Of a stretch of DNA of 32,198 nucleotides, positions 17,921 through 27,332 are shown one piece after another. The notes under the pieces are model-generated. The model was not told the DNA's origin. It ran no database searches and saw only the letters and a list, made by a program, of their open reading frames with translations. How positions within the stretch are numbered: the stretch's first letter is position 1; every line of letters begins with the position of its first letter. Position numbers and translations under genes: made by a program. Origin of the DNA: a virus (Duplodnaviria > Caudoviricetes); IMG/VR virus record IMGVR_UViG_3300027563_000024, positions 1 through 32,198 of that record, one strand, 5' to 3'.

Positions 17921-19398
17921 TGTCAAATCTGGTAGTCGCAAAGAAGAATAACATTTTTTTAACCATCAACGCAGAACCACATATTCACTATGAACTCTCA
18001 GATTATTTCACATTCGACATCCCTAACGCTAAATTCATGCCCCAGTATAGAAGTGGAGTATGGGATGGCAAGATCCGTTTATACTCTCCAGGAACAGGTG
18101 AGTTATACTGTGGTCTCGTCAGCCACCTCAAAGAATGGTGTGGAATCAAAAATTATTCAATTAACTTCAAACCAAACAAATTCTATGGAGATGTTGAAGA
18201 ACAAAACGACTATATTACAATAGATGGTGTCAAAGGTTTCATGGCATCAGTGTGCCCTAATCATGAACCACGCAACTATCAGGTAGAAGCAGTATACGAA
18301 GCACTATCAAACAATCGCAGACTTCTACTTTCTCCAACAGCATCAGGTAAATCATTAATGATTTATTCTATAGTAAGGTATTACTATGCTGCTGAATATA
18401 AGAAGACAGGAAAGAAAACTCTTATCATTGTTCCTACTACTTCATTAGTAGAACAAATGTATAAAGACTTTGAAGACTATGGGTGGGATGTAGACAGTTA
18501 CTGTCATCGCATATATGGTGGTAAGGATAAAAATGTAGAGAAAGCAGTTATCATTTCTACTTGGCAATCTATATACAAATTTCCTAAACGTTGGTTTGAT
18601 GACTTCTCTTGTGTCATTGGTGACGAGGCACACCTGTTTAAATCAAAATCTCTTACTGGCATCATGACTAAACTACATGAAGCTAAGTATAGGTTTGGTT
18701 TCACTGGAACATTAGATGGTTCTGCTACACACAAATGGGTGCTGGAAGGATTGTTTGGTGAGTGTAAGAATGTTGTCAAAACAGATAAATTAATTAAGGA
18801 TGGTCATCTATCCGAATTTAGAATTAAAGTTCTTTTATTAAAGCACGAGAGAGAAGAGTTTTTTGATTACCAATCTGAGATTGATGCGATAATTGATAAT
18901 CCCAAACGCAATCGTCTCATTCGTAATTTGGTTAAAGATTTAGAAGGTAACACGTTAGTTCTTTTTAACTATGTTGAGCGTCATGGAATGCCTTTACACG
19001 AGAGCATAAATAGTGTTGTTAAAGAAGGTCGTAAAGTCTTTCTTGTCTATGGTGGAGTAGACACTGAAGAACGAGAAGAGATTAGAAGAATCACTGAGAT
19101 TGAAAACGATGCAGTGATCGTAGCTTCATATGGAACATTCAGCACAGGCATCAACATTCGCAATCTACATAATGTTGTATTCGCTTCACCATCAAAGTCT
19201 AGAGTAAGAAACTTACAGTCTATTGGTAGAGTGCTACGTAAAGGAAATAATAAAACCCACGCAACTCTTTATGATATTGCTGATGAGTTCTGTAGAACCC
19301 CTCAAAAAAATTATACCCTGAAGCACCTAGATGAAAGATTAAAAATCTATGAAGAAGAAAAATTTAATGTAGAACTAATCAAAATAGAACTAAAATAA
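17920..19398 (+). CDS. uvsW: SF2 DNA helicase UvsW
   Basis: WDGKIRL, SPTASGKS, DEAH, GFTGT, SYGTFSTGINI, LQSIGRVLR. Confidence 0.97.
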   Translation: MSNLVVAKKNNIFLTINAEPHIHYELSDYFTFDIPNAKFMPQYRSGVWDGKIRLYSPGTGELYCGLVSHLKEWCGIKNYSINFKPNKFYGDVEEQNDYITIDGVKGFMASVCPNHEPRNYQVEAVYEALSNNRRLLLSPTASGKSLMIYSIVRYYYAAEYKKTGKKTLIIVPTTSLVEQMYKDFEDYGWDVDSYCHRIYGGKDKNVEKAVIISTWQSIYKFPKRWFDDFSCVIGDEAHLFKSKSLTGIMTKLHEAKYRFGFTGTLDGSATHKWVLEGLFGECKNVVKTDKLIKDGHLSEFRIKVLLLKHEREEFFDYQSEIDAIIDNPKRNRLIRNLVKDLEGNTLVLFNYVERHGMPLHESINSVVKEGRKVFLVYGGVDTEEREEIRRITEIENDAVIVASYGTFSTGINIRNLHNVVFASPSKSRVRNLQSIGRVLRKGNNKTHATLYDIADEFCRTPQKNYTLKHLDERLKIYEEEKFNVELIKIELK

Positions 19399-19399
19399 T

Positions 19400-19831
19400 A
19401 TGGAAGAAGAATTCTATGCTACTATGAAACTCACCTCTGGTGAAGAGATCGTAGCTAAAGTATGTTACGATTCAGATGATGATGTTATTATTATTCACAA
19501 TCCACGTCTAATAGAAAAAGTTGAAATAAAAAAAAGAAATATGATAGTGGAAGGATTGGTGTTTGATGATTGGATAAATGCTACTCAAGAAGATATGTTT
19601 ATAATTCCTCGTAATCAAATTATTACGATGATAGAACTTGACAGTCGCTTTATTAAATTCTATGAAGAACATTTAACTGATAAAAGTTATTATAAAAAAC
19701 GTCAACCTTCCCCTGTATCATCTGATGAAAGATTTTATTCTAAAAGACAAAACCCTAAAAATAATGAAGGATACTTAGGATCTATTAAAGACTCTAAAGA
19801 TTTATTAGAACAGATATATAAACAATCTTGA
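19400..19831 (+). CDS. Conserved hypothetical protein (Sm-like N-terminus) between uvsW and gp55
   Basis: EEFYATMKLTSGEEIVAKV ... GYLGSI....LLEQIYK, as commonly seen at this position in cyanomyoviruses. Confidence 0.75.
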   Translation: MEEEFYATMKLTSGEEIVAKVCYDSDDDVIIIHNPRLIEKVEIKKRNMIVEGLVFDDWINATQEDMFIIPRNQIITMIELDSRFIKFYEEHLTDKSYYKKRQPSPVSSDERFYSKRQNPKNNEGYLGSIKDSKDLLEQIYKQS

Positions 19832-19846
19832 AACTGCTACACTGTT

Positions 19847-19875
19847 ATTATACATGCTTTTGCCACCTCTGTCAA
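19847..19875 (-). promoter_or_regulatory. Perfect sigma70-type promoter on the minus strand (antisense)
   Basis: Reverse complement reads GGGGC-TTGACA-gaggtggcaaaagcatg(17)-TATAAT. Confidence 0.75.
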
Positions 19876-19880
19876 GCCCC

Positions 19881-19909
19881 TTTACAAAACTAGTTGAGTG
19901 TGCTAGAAT
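19881..19909 (+). promoter_or_regulatory. Sigma70-type early/middle promoter for gp55
   Basis: TTTACA-17 nt-TAGAAT with extended TGn. Confidence 0.7.
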
Positions 19910-19950
19910 ATGAGCATGAATAATTCAGCACGATACCAGTAGTATAACCA

Positions 19951-20487
19951 ATGGGAAAAAGAACAACTAAGGAAAATTACGTAAACAACCGAGACTTCTT
20001 AGATGCTCTTATGGTTTATCGTAAAGCAGTAGAAAAAGATTTCTTTGATAAGAATGATAGATATCCAACTAAAGAAGATAGATCTAAAATTTGGGATACC
20101 AAACCCAAAGTTCCTAATTACGTAGGAGAATGTTTTCTTAAGATTGCTACGCATTTATCATACAAACCTAACTTCGTAAACTATATGTTTAGAGAAGATA
20201 TGATCTGTGATGGTATTGAAAACTCTTTACAATATATTCATAACTTTGATCCAGAGAAGTCTACAAATCCTTTTGCTTACTTTACTCAGATTATTTACTA
20301 TGCTTTTCTTCGTCGTATTCAAAGAGAAAAGAAGCAATTAGAAATTAAAAACAAAATCTTAGAACGTTCTGGATATGATGAAGTGTTGCATATGGATAGT
20401 CACACAGGTGATATGCTAGGATACAGCAGTACTTCATCAGATATGAATAGCATTAAAGAAAATCTTGAAATGAGATCTAAACGATGA
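19951..20487 (+). CDS. gp55: Late transcription sigma factor gp55
   Basis: YVNNRDFL, YVGECFLKIATHLSYKPNFVNYMFREDMICDGIEN, NPFAYFTQIIYYAFLRRIQREKKQ. Confidence 0.97.
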   Translation: MGKRTTKENYVNNRDFLDALMVYRKAVEKDFFDKNDRYPTKEDRSKIWDTKPKVPNYVGECFLKIATHLSYKPNFVNYMFREDMICDGIENSLQYIHNFDPEKSTNPFAYFTQIIYYAFLRRIQREKKQLEIKNKILERSGYDEVLHMDSHTGDMLGYSSTSSDMNSIKENLEMRSKR

Positions 20488-21533
20488 CTGTAGCTCTTAT
20501 TACTGACCAACATCTTGACGGAAGAAAAGGTAGTGTTGCGTTTTGGGAATACTTCCAAAAATTCTACGATGATATCTTTTTCCCAACATTAGAAAAACAC
20601 AACATCAAAACAATCATTGATCTTGGTGATACTTTTGATAATCGTAAGGGCATTGATTTTAATGTCTGGAGTCGTGTGCGGCGTAACTATTTTGAGCGTC
20701 TTGAAGATATGGGTATCTTCGTTCATATGATTCTCGGTAATCATTGTGTCTACTATAAGAATACGAACGAGATTAACTCACCAGAGCTTCTACTCAAAAA
20801 CTTCAACAACATTGAAATCTACTCTCACCCAGAGACAGTCAGTATTGATGGCACTTTAATTCTAATGTTGCCTTGGATCAACTCAAGCAACTATGATGAT
20901 ACCTTGAAGCATCTTGAAGGCACTGGTGCTGAGATTGTGATGGGGCATTTAGAGTTGGATGGATTTGAGGTAAATTCTGGTATGAAACACGAAGGTGGTA
21001 TGAAACCAGAAATCTTCTCTAAATTTAAACAAGTATTTTCAGGTCACTTTCACCATAAATCATCTCGTGGTAACATTACCTATCTTGGTAATCCTTATCA
21101 GATGTTTTGGAATGATTATAAAGACGAGAGAGGATTTCATCTATATGAAACAAAGACAAATAAACTCAAGAGGGTCAAGAACCCCTATGAAATTTTCCAA
21201 AAAATCTATTATAATGATGCTACTGGTTCTCATCTCAGCTTCAATACCAATGACTGTAGAAATACTTTTGTCAAAGTTATCGTAGAAAACAAGAAAGATT
21301 ATCTCTTATTTGAAAAGTTTGTTGATAGTATCTTTGCCAGTCAACCACATGATGTGAAGATCATTGAGACATTAGTAAATGATACCACTGATGTTGTAGA
21401 AGAAAATTTAGAAATCAAAGATACTCTATCGCTTCTAAATGAATACATTGATGAGGTGGAGTTATCCGTCAACAAAGATAAACTTAAAAACATTATGAAA
21501 ACCCTATATATTGAAAGTTGTGAAGTAGTGTAA
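20484..21533 (+). CDS. gp47: Recombination endonuclease subunit gp47 (Mre11/SbcD-like)
   Basis: ITDQH, LGDTFDNRK, GNH, MGHLEL, SGHFHH, YLGNPY metallophosphoesterase motifs. Confidence 0.96.
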   Translation: MTVALITDQHLDGRKGSVAFWEYFQKFYDDIFFPTLEKHNIKTIIDLGDTFDNRKGIDFNVWSRVRRNYFERLEDMGIFVHMILGNHCVYYKNTNEINSPELLLKNFNNIEIYSHPETVSIDGTLILMLPWINSSNYDDTLKHLEGTGAEIVMGHLELDGFEVNSGMKHEGGMKPEIFSKFKQVFSGHFHHKSSRGNITYLGNPYQMFWNDYKDERGFHLYETKTNKLKRVKNPYEIFQKIYYNDATGSHLSFNTNDCRNTFVKVIVENKKDYLLFEKFVDSIFASQPHDVKIIETLVNDTTDVVEENLEIKDTLSLLNEYIDEVELSVNKDKLKNIMKTLYIESCEVV

Positions 21534-21820
21534 TGTTTCTCATCACTCTTAAAGAAACGCCAGACGGCGTGTATTCAGTACTTGACACCGAGGGTGACCA
21601 TGTGGTATACTTCTTTGAGGAAGAAGACGATGCCGAAAGGTATCTTGGATTATTAGAAGCTAATGATTCAGATGACGATATGCCACCCTTAACAATATAT
21701 GAAGTTGATTCTAAATCTGGAATTGGCATGTGTGAAGTGCGTGGCATGAAATACCTTATAGTTCGCCCAGACGATATTATTATTCCACCCCCAAATTATG
21801 ATAATTTTCAAGACGATTAA
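21533..21820 (+). CDS. Acidic hypothetical protein (DUF3110-like)
   Basis: FEEEDDAERYLGLLEA and DDIIIPP; located between gp47 and gp46. Confidence 0.7.
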   Translation: MFLITLKETPDGVYSVLDTEGDHVVYFFEEEDDAERYLGLLEANDSDDDMPPLTIYEVDSKSGIGMCEVRGMKYLIVRPDDIIIPPPNYDNFQDD

Positions 21821-23522
21821 ATGGAAAAATTTTCTTTCAACAGGAGCAACCTTTACGCAAGTTGACCTTACTAATAAGAAAAGCACTATCATTCTTGGAG
21901 CTAATGGTGCGGGTAAGAGCACTATTCTAGATGCTCTTACGTTTGTGTTATTTGGAAAACCATTTAGAAAAATAAACAAACCACAACTACTCAACTCAAT
22001 CAATCAAACAGATTGTGTGGTGGAAATTAACTTTGATATTAGCAGCAATAAATACAAAGTGGTTCGTGGTATTAAACCAAATAAATTTGAAATTTATTTG
22101 AATGGTGCTATCTTAGATCAAGATGCTTCTGTTGTAGATCAACAAAAACATTTTGAGCAAACCATTCTAAAAATGAATTACAAATCATTTACACAGATTG
22201 TGGTGCTTGGGTCTTCAACCTTTGTGCCTTTTATGCGTCTTCCATTGGCAGCTCGCAGAGAAATTATAGAAGACATTCTTGACATTCAAATCTTCTCCAC
22301 GATGAATGTTAATTTAAAAGAGAAGATTAAAATTATTAATGATGAACTGAGAGATCATGAGTACAAATTTTCTTTAGTCAAAGAGAAAATTGATATGCAA
22401 AAGCAGTTCATGCTTGACATCGAAAAGAAAAACAAAGAATATATTCAAGAGAAAGAGAATAAAAAAGATACTTTATTAACTGAAGCTCTAAATCATGAGA
22501 CAGAAATCCTCAATAACAACGAGACAATCGACACTAAGACCGTTGCCGTTTCAGACACGACGAAACTTAAAGCAACGATATCTAAGGTCACTTTCCTCAA
22601 AGATAAACTCACAACTAAACAAAAATCCCACGCACGGGAGAAGAAATTCTTTGAGCAAAATGATGCTTGCCCAACATGCGATCAGAGTATTGAGGAACAT
22701 TTCAAACAAGAAAAGATCTCGCTTCTCTCGGATAAACTTACTGAGGTGGAAAAAGGTGTGTTTGATTTGGGACAACAACTTTCCAACCTCCAAGCTCAAG
22801 AGAATACCTTTGTTTTTTTAATTGGTGAGATAAACGAACTCAACCAACAAAATAGACAACTAACGAATGACATTAATTCACTTCATAGAAGAATTAAAGA
22901 ATTGGACGACGACATCGGAAAACTGCGGAATTCGGATATCAACCAACGGGAGCAGTTTTCAATACTTAAATCTCTCAGCGAAGATGGGGAGCAAATTAAA
23001 AAAATCATTTCAGAAACAAAAGAAGAAAAAGATTGTCTCCTCACCGCGTCACAACTACTCAAAGACTCGGGCATCAAAACAAGGATCATCAAAAAATATC
23101 TCCCAACGATGAATAAACTTATCAATGGGTATTTGGAACAGATGGAATTTCCATCATCGTTTATGCTAAATGAGAATTTTGAAGAAGTAATCAAATCACG
23201 TTATAGAGATGAGTTTAGTTATGAATCTTTTAGTGAAGGAGAGAAAGCTAGAATTGATATTGCTCTGCTGCTTACTTGGCGCTCTGTTGCTAAACTTAAG
23301 AATAGTGTGGATACTAATCTTCTAATTCTTGATGAAATCTTTGATGGATCATTAGATCAATCTGGTAATAGTGATTTGGGATGGATACTCAAAACCTTTG
23401 ATGATAGCACAAATGTATTTGTGATATCTCACAGAGACAATATGGTAGATAAGTTTGATCGCTGCCTACGATTTGAGAAGCATAAGAATTTCTCATACGT
23501 CGTAGACGAAGTATCAGAATAA
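21798..23522 (+). CDS. gp46: Recombination ATPase subunit gp46 (Rad50/SbcC-like)
   Basis: KNFLSTG, Walker A GANGAGKST, zinc hook CPTC, signature FSEGEK, LILDEIFDGSLD, VISH. Confidence 0.97.
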   Translation: MIIFKTIKWKNFLSTGATFTQVDLTNKKSTIILGANGAGKSTILDALTFVLFGKPFRKINKPQLLNSINQTDCVVEINFDISSNKYKVVRGIKPNKFEIYLNGAILDQDASVVDQQKHFEQTILKMNYKSFTQIVVLGSSTFVPFMRLPLAARREIIEDILDIQIFSTMNVNLKEKIKIINDELRDHEYKFSLVKEKIDMQKQFMLDIEKKNKEYIQEKENKKDTLLTEALNHETEILNNNETIDTKTVAVSDTTKLKATISKVTFLKDKLTTKQKSHAREKKFFEQNDACPTCDQSIEEHFKQEKISLLSDKLTEVEKGVFDLGQQLSNLQAQENTFVFLIGEINELNQQNRQLTNDINSLHRRIKELDDDIGKLRNSDINQREQFSILKSLSEDGEQIKKIISETKEEKDCLLTASQLLKDSGIKTRIIKKYLPTMNKLINGYLEQMEFPSSFMLNENFEEVIKSRYRDEFSYESFSEGEKARIDIALLLTWRSVAKLKNSVDTNLLILDEIFDGSLDQSGNSDLGWILKTFDDSTNVFVISHRDNMVDKFDRCLRFEKHKNFSYVVDEVSE

Positions 23523-23533
23523 CTAAACAGGGG

Positions 23534-23562
23534 TTGCCATATGGTGATCCCTTTGCTATTAT
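23534..23562 (+). promoter_or_regulatory. Sigma70-type early promoter
   Basis: GGGG-TTGCCA-17 nt-TATTAT with extended TGn, 23 nt before the ATG. Confidence 0.7.
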
Positions 23563-23585
23563 AGGTGTAACAAAGAAAAAGACCC

Positions 23586-25691
23586 ATGCTAAACATTGAA
23601 GTTAAGGGCAATCTTGCTCGCCTGCTCGCCGCAGAAAACTTGATAGTAGAGCACCGTCAAGTTGAGACAGCATCGTTTGATGTAAAAAATCGTGTTCTTA
23701 CTCTTCCTATGTGGGAGCGGGCATCAGCAAATGTATACGATCTTCTAGTGGGTCATGAAGTCGGTCACGCTATCTACACTCCCGATAAGTGGGGTGATGA
23801 CTATGGTATTCCCCCATCGTATCTGAACGTGTGCGAGGATGCTCGTATTGAGAAACTAATGAAACGTAAGTTTCCTGGTCTTGCTCGTAACTTCTATGCT
23901 GGTTATAAAGAACTTTCTGATAAAGATTTCTTTAGTATTGGCGAGCGAACACTTGCTTCCTTTGCTTTTATTGATCGTATCAATCTTTACTTCAAAGTTG
24001 GCATTCATGCTGGAGAAGTATTTGAATGGAATGATGAAGAAAAAGTAATGGTAGACGAGCTTGCTAATTCTGAAACCTGGGACGAGGTTGTAGATGTTGC
24101 TCGTAAAATTCTTGCTTATACCAAACAGCAAGAAGAAGAAAAAGTTGCAAATGCTAAAGGAAATGGAGAGACCGAAGCATCTACTCAAGATGGGGGTGAT
24201 ACTACCCCTAATGTGGGTGAAGATACTCCCGATAATGGTATGCAAAGTGGAGGGAAGAGTGAAGGGCAGAGTGAAGACAATCAAACTTTTGATAGTAGTT
24301 CTGGTAATCTGGGTAGCGAGATGCATTCCGAAACTGATAAAGCATTCACTGATAATCAACAACAACTAATTAATCAACGTTCTGCCACCATTTCCTATGT
24401 TGAGTTGCCGCTACTCAATGTTCAATCTATTGTGATTGATAACCAGCAAGTTATGCGAGATTGTGTTCATGATTTTGGTGAGCAACCACAATCATTATTT
24501 GAACACATTGATAAAGCATATTATGCTTTTCGTTCTGAAGCTCAACGTGAGGTTAACTATCTTGTAAAAGAGTTTGAGATGCGTAAGTCTGCTGATCAAT
24601 ACGCTCGTGCTAGTACTGCTAAGACTGGTATTCTTGACACTCAGAAACTTTATACTTATAAATGGAATGAAGATGTGTTTAAAAAAATCAGTGTTGTGCC
24701 TGATGGTAAAAATCACGGTTTGATTTTTATTCTAGATTGGTCTGGATCTATGGGTAGTTGCCTTGAGGATACTGCGAAACAAATTCTTAACCTCGCATGG
24801 TTCTGTAAGAAAGTGCAAATTCCTTTTGATCTTTATTCTTTCACCAGCGATTATCGTTGGCATACATCTTATAACTATGATACTGGTGTTCGCTCTAAAT
24901 CTAGAAAACATTGTAAAGAAATTACGGGTCAAGTTAATATTTCCGAACACTTTAACTTACTTAATATGGTGAGTAGTAATGGTAGAAATGGTAAAGACCT
25001 TGAAGCACAACTTAAAAATTTTTGGCGTCTTGTTCAAGGTTATAATTCAAGTTATATAATGCCCACTGGATATAGCTTGTCTGGTACTCCGCTTAATGAA
25101 GCAGTGATTTCTTTGACTGCTATCATTCCAGATTTTCAGAAACGCAACAAAGTACAAAAAACTAACGTTGTTATTCTGACTGATGGAGAAGCGCAATCAA
25201 TTGATTACTTCACTGACTATATTAGGTATGGACAAAAACTTGGCACTCGCCATATCAGTGATGATTGTGTGTTGCGTGATCGCCAAACTGGTAGGGTATA
25301 TCCTCGTTTTGCTGGTGGATATTATTCGCAAAGTAAAATCACTGGTACTTTTCTTCGGTGTGTACGAGACCGATACCCAGATGTTAACTTAATTGGTATT
25401 CGTTTGATTAGTGGCAGACATCTTTCTTCTGTATATGAAGATGGTCAATCTAGCACTCCTTATACTGAAGTGCAGAAACAATGGAAAAAAACTAAGACAG
25501 CTGAATTGATTAATTTCAATGGATACCAATCTCTTTATGTAATGTCATCTAATAGTCTTTCCAGTAATTCTGAATTTTCTGTAGATGAAGATGCTACTAC
25601 TAAACAAATCGGCACAGCATTTACTACATCACTTTCTAAGAAAGGCGTTAATAAGAAGATGTTGACTTCCTTTGCTACACTCATTAGTTAA
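23586..25691 (+). CDS. HEXXH metallopeptidase-like + VWA domain protein (CobT-like partner of the AAA ATPase)
   Basis: GHEVGHA and EDARIE near the N-terminus, acidic low-complexity linker, MIDAS DWSGSM, SGTPL, LTDGE. Confidence 0.85.
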   Translation: MLNIEVKGNLARLLAAENLIVEHRQVETASFDVKNRVLTLPMWERASANVYDLLVGHEVGHAIYTPDKWGDDYGIPPSYLNVCEDARIEKLMKRKFPGLARNFYAGYKELSDKDFFSIGERTLASFAFIDRINLYFKVGIHAGEVFEWNDEEKVMVDELANSETWDEVVDVARKILAYTKQQEEEKVANAKGNGETEASTQDGGDTTPNVGEDTPDNGMQSGGKSEGQSEDNQTFDSSSGNLGSEMHSETDKAFTDNQQQLINQRSATISYVELPLLNVQSIVIDNQQVMRDCVHDFGEQPQSLFEHIDKAYYAFRSEAQREVNYLVKEFEMRKSADQYARASTAKTGILDTQKLYTYKWNEDVFKKISVVPDGKNHGLIFILDWSGSMGSCLEDTAKQILNLAWFCKKVQIPFDLYSFTSDYRWHTSYNYDTGVRSKSRKHCKEITGQVNISEHFNLLNMVSSNGRNGKDLEAQLKNFWRLVQGYNSSYIMPTGYSLSGTPLNEAVISLTAIIPDFQKRNKVQKTNVVILTDGEAQSIDYFTDYIRYGQKLGTRHISDDCVLRDRQTGRVYPRFAGGYYSQSKITGTFLRCVRDRYPDVNLIGIRLISGRHLSSVYEDGQSSTPYTEVQKQWKKTKTAELINFNGYQSLYVMSSNSLSSNSEFSVDEDATTKQIGTAFTTSLSKKGVNKKMLTSFATLIS

Positions 25692-25708
25692 TCTAATCAT
25701 TCAGGGGG

Positions 25709-25737
25709 TTGACCTCCCACCTCTTTTGCCCTATAAT
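25709..25737 (+). promoter_or_regulatory. Sigma70-type early promoter
   Basis: GGGGG-TTGACC-17 nt-TATAAT, 23 nt before the ATG. Confidence 0.8.
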
Positions 25738-25760
25738 ACATTCATACAACACCACACATT

Positions 25761-26846
25761 ATGAAAACCTTTGAAGTCGCTCCAATCGTAGATCGTTTCG
25801 GTCCTGTCGTAACTGCTGTTGACCTTCGTGTCTATGCTGATGAACTGGGTATCGGATATCAAACTCTTACAAAAAAACTGGAAGCATTCAAAGTGCAGCG
25901 TGGTCTGTGGCATTTGACCTCCACAGAGAAACTTGAGCAAACTTTTAATCAACCCGCTGTAGAACCTGTGGTAGAAAATCCCGTAAACCTTGTTCCTATT
26001 AAAGATGCTGGTTTCGTCAGCTTTGGCAACTTCGCAGATATTAAAAAAATTCTTTCTTCCCGTCAGTATTACCCTATCTTCGTCACTGGTTTGTCTGGTA
26101 ATGGTAAAACTTTTAGTGTTGAACAAGCATGTGCTCAACTAAAACGGGAACTTATCCGAGTTAATATTACAATTGAAACTGATGAAGATGATCTTATTGG
26201 GGGTTTCCGCCTTGTTAACGGCGAGACAGTGTGGCACAATGGACCAGTCATCCAAGCCCTTGAGCGTGGCGCAGTCTTACTTTTGGATGAAGTGGATCTT
26301 GCATCTAATAAAATCCTTTGCCTCCAATCAGTATTAGAAGGTAATGGTGTCTTTCTGAAGAAGATTGGTAAGTATGTGCGACCCACTGCTGGGTTTACTG
26401 TTGTAGCTACTGCTAACACTAAAGGTAAAGGTAGTGATGATGGTCGCTTTATCGGCACTAACGTTTTGAATGAAGCATTCCTTGAGCGTTTTCCTGTGAC
26501 ATTTGAGCAGGCATATCCTAGTCCAAAAATAGAAACTTCTATTCTGCAGAAAGTTGCTATTAATCTTGATTGTTGCGATGAAGAGTTTATTACTCGTCTT
26601 GTTTCATGGGCAGAGATTATTCGTAAGACGTTCTACGATGGTGGAGTTGATGAAGTAATTTCTACTCGCCGTCTTGTTCACATCATTCGTGCCTTTAGTA
26701 TCTTCGGTAAGCGTAAGAAAGCTATTGAGGTTTGTGTTGCTCGTTTTGACGATGAGACCAAACAATCTTTTATGGAACTCTACACTAAGATTGATGCTAC
26801 CATTGATGCTCCTACAGAGGAAACCATTTATACTGTTGATGTTTGA
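25761..26846 (+). CDS. cobS: CobS-like / MoxR-type AAA+ ATPase
   Basis: GLSGNGKT, RVNITIETDEDDLIGG, LLLDEVD, TANTKGKG, NEAFLERF, ISTRRL. Confidence 0.9.
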   Translation: MKTFEVAPIVDRFGPVVTAVDLRVYADELGIGYQTLTKKLEAFKVQRGLWHLTSTEKLEQTFNQPAVEPVVENPVNLVPIKDAGFVSFGNFADIKKILSSRQYYPIFVTGLSGNGKTFSVEQACAQLKRELIRVNITIETDEDDLIGGFRLVNGETVWHNGPVIQALERGAVLLLDEVDLASNKILCLQSVLEGNGVFLKKIGKYVRPTAGFTVVATANTKGKGSDDGRFIGTNVLNEAFLERFPVTFEQAYPSPKIETSILQKVAINLDCCDEEFITRLVSWAEIIRKTFYDGGVDEVISTRRLVHIIRAFSIFGKRKKAIEVCVARFDDETKQSFMELYTKIDATIDAPTEETIYTVDV

Positions 26847-27042
26847 TAACCTCCCTCGCCATACTCTCATTCGTCTAAAGGATGGAGGTATTTTTTTAGT
26901 CAAAGGTCAAATATGCGAATGGCATAGTATGAAGGAAGTGTGTTGTTATATGGGTCACAAGTATCGTGATGAGCGTATGCTTGACTATGATCCTTTTACG
27001 TGCTATTATGATATGATAGATTTCATTATGGAGAAACCCTGA
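26839..27042 (+). CDS. Small hypothetical protein (67 aa)
   Basis: ATG 26839 overlaps the cobS end: MFDNLPRHTLIRLKDGGIFLVKGQICEW...IMEKP. It fills the gap to the next gene exactly. Confidence 0.55.
   Translation: MFDNLPRHTLIRLKDGGIFLVKGQICEWHSMKEVCCYMGHKYRDERMLDYDPFTCYYDMIDFIMEKP
26981..27009 (+). promoter_or_regulatory. Sigma70-type promoter for the DUF3310-gp45-gp44 operon
   Basis: TTGACT-17 nt-TATTAT with extended TGn, embedded in the small ORF. Confidence 0.65.
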
Positions 27043-27044
27043 TT

Positions 27045-27332
27045 ATGCAATGGAAATACAATGAAGAGCAATTGCTCGCTGAACTACGAAATTATATTAG
27101 TAAAACTTACGAGCAGCATTATTCTGCTGGTGATGATAAAATTCAAACTCTAGATTTGATTGAAGCTTGCGGTGATGGAGAACCATTCTGTCGCAGTAAT
27201 ATTCTCAAGTATGCCTCACGTTACGACAGGAAAGGTAGTGCTCGTCAAGACATTATGAAAGTGCTACACTACGCCTTGCTGCTTCTTAACTTTAATGACA
27301 AAAACGCCCAACGTGAAAATTACAACCAATGA
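27045..27332 (+). CDS. DUF3310-like protein (putative nucleotide kinase family)
   Basis: YISKTYEQHY, IQTLDLI, FCRSNILKYASRYDRKG...DIMKVLHYA. Confidence 0.8.
   Translation: MQWKYNEEQLLAELRNYISKTYEQHYSAGDDKIQTLDLIEACGDGEPFCRSNILKYASRYDRKGSARQDIMKVLHYALLLLNFNDKNAQRENYNQ

Noticed and set aside
6901-19398. Introns, inteins or homing endonucleases in gp17, gp20, gp23 or uvsW
   Set aside because: ORFs are continuous and of normal length. The 8562-8789 zinc-ribbon ORF has no HNH/GIY-YIG catalytic motif.
26849-26898. ACCTCC...GGAGGT followed by a T run after cobS as a terminator
   Set aside because: Only a 6-bp stem with a roughly 30-nt loop, and it lies inside a plausible 67-aa ORF.
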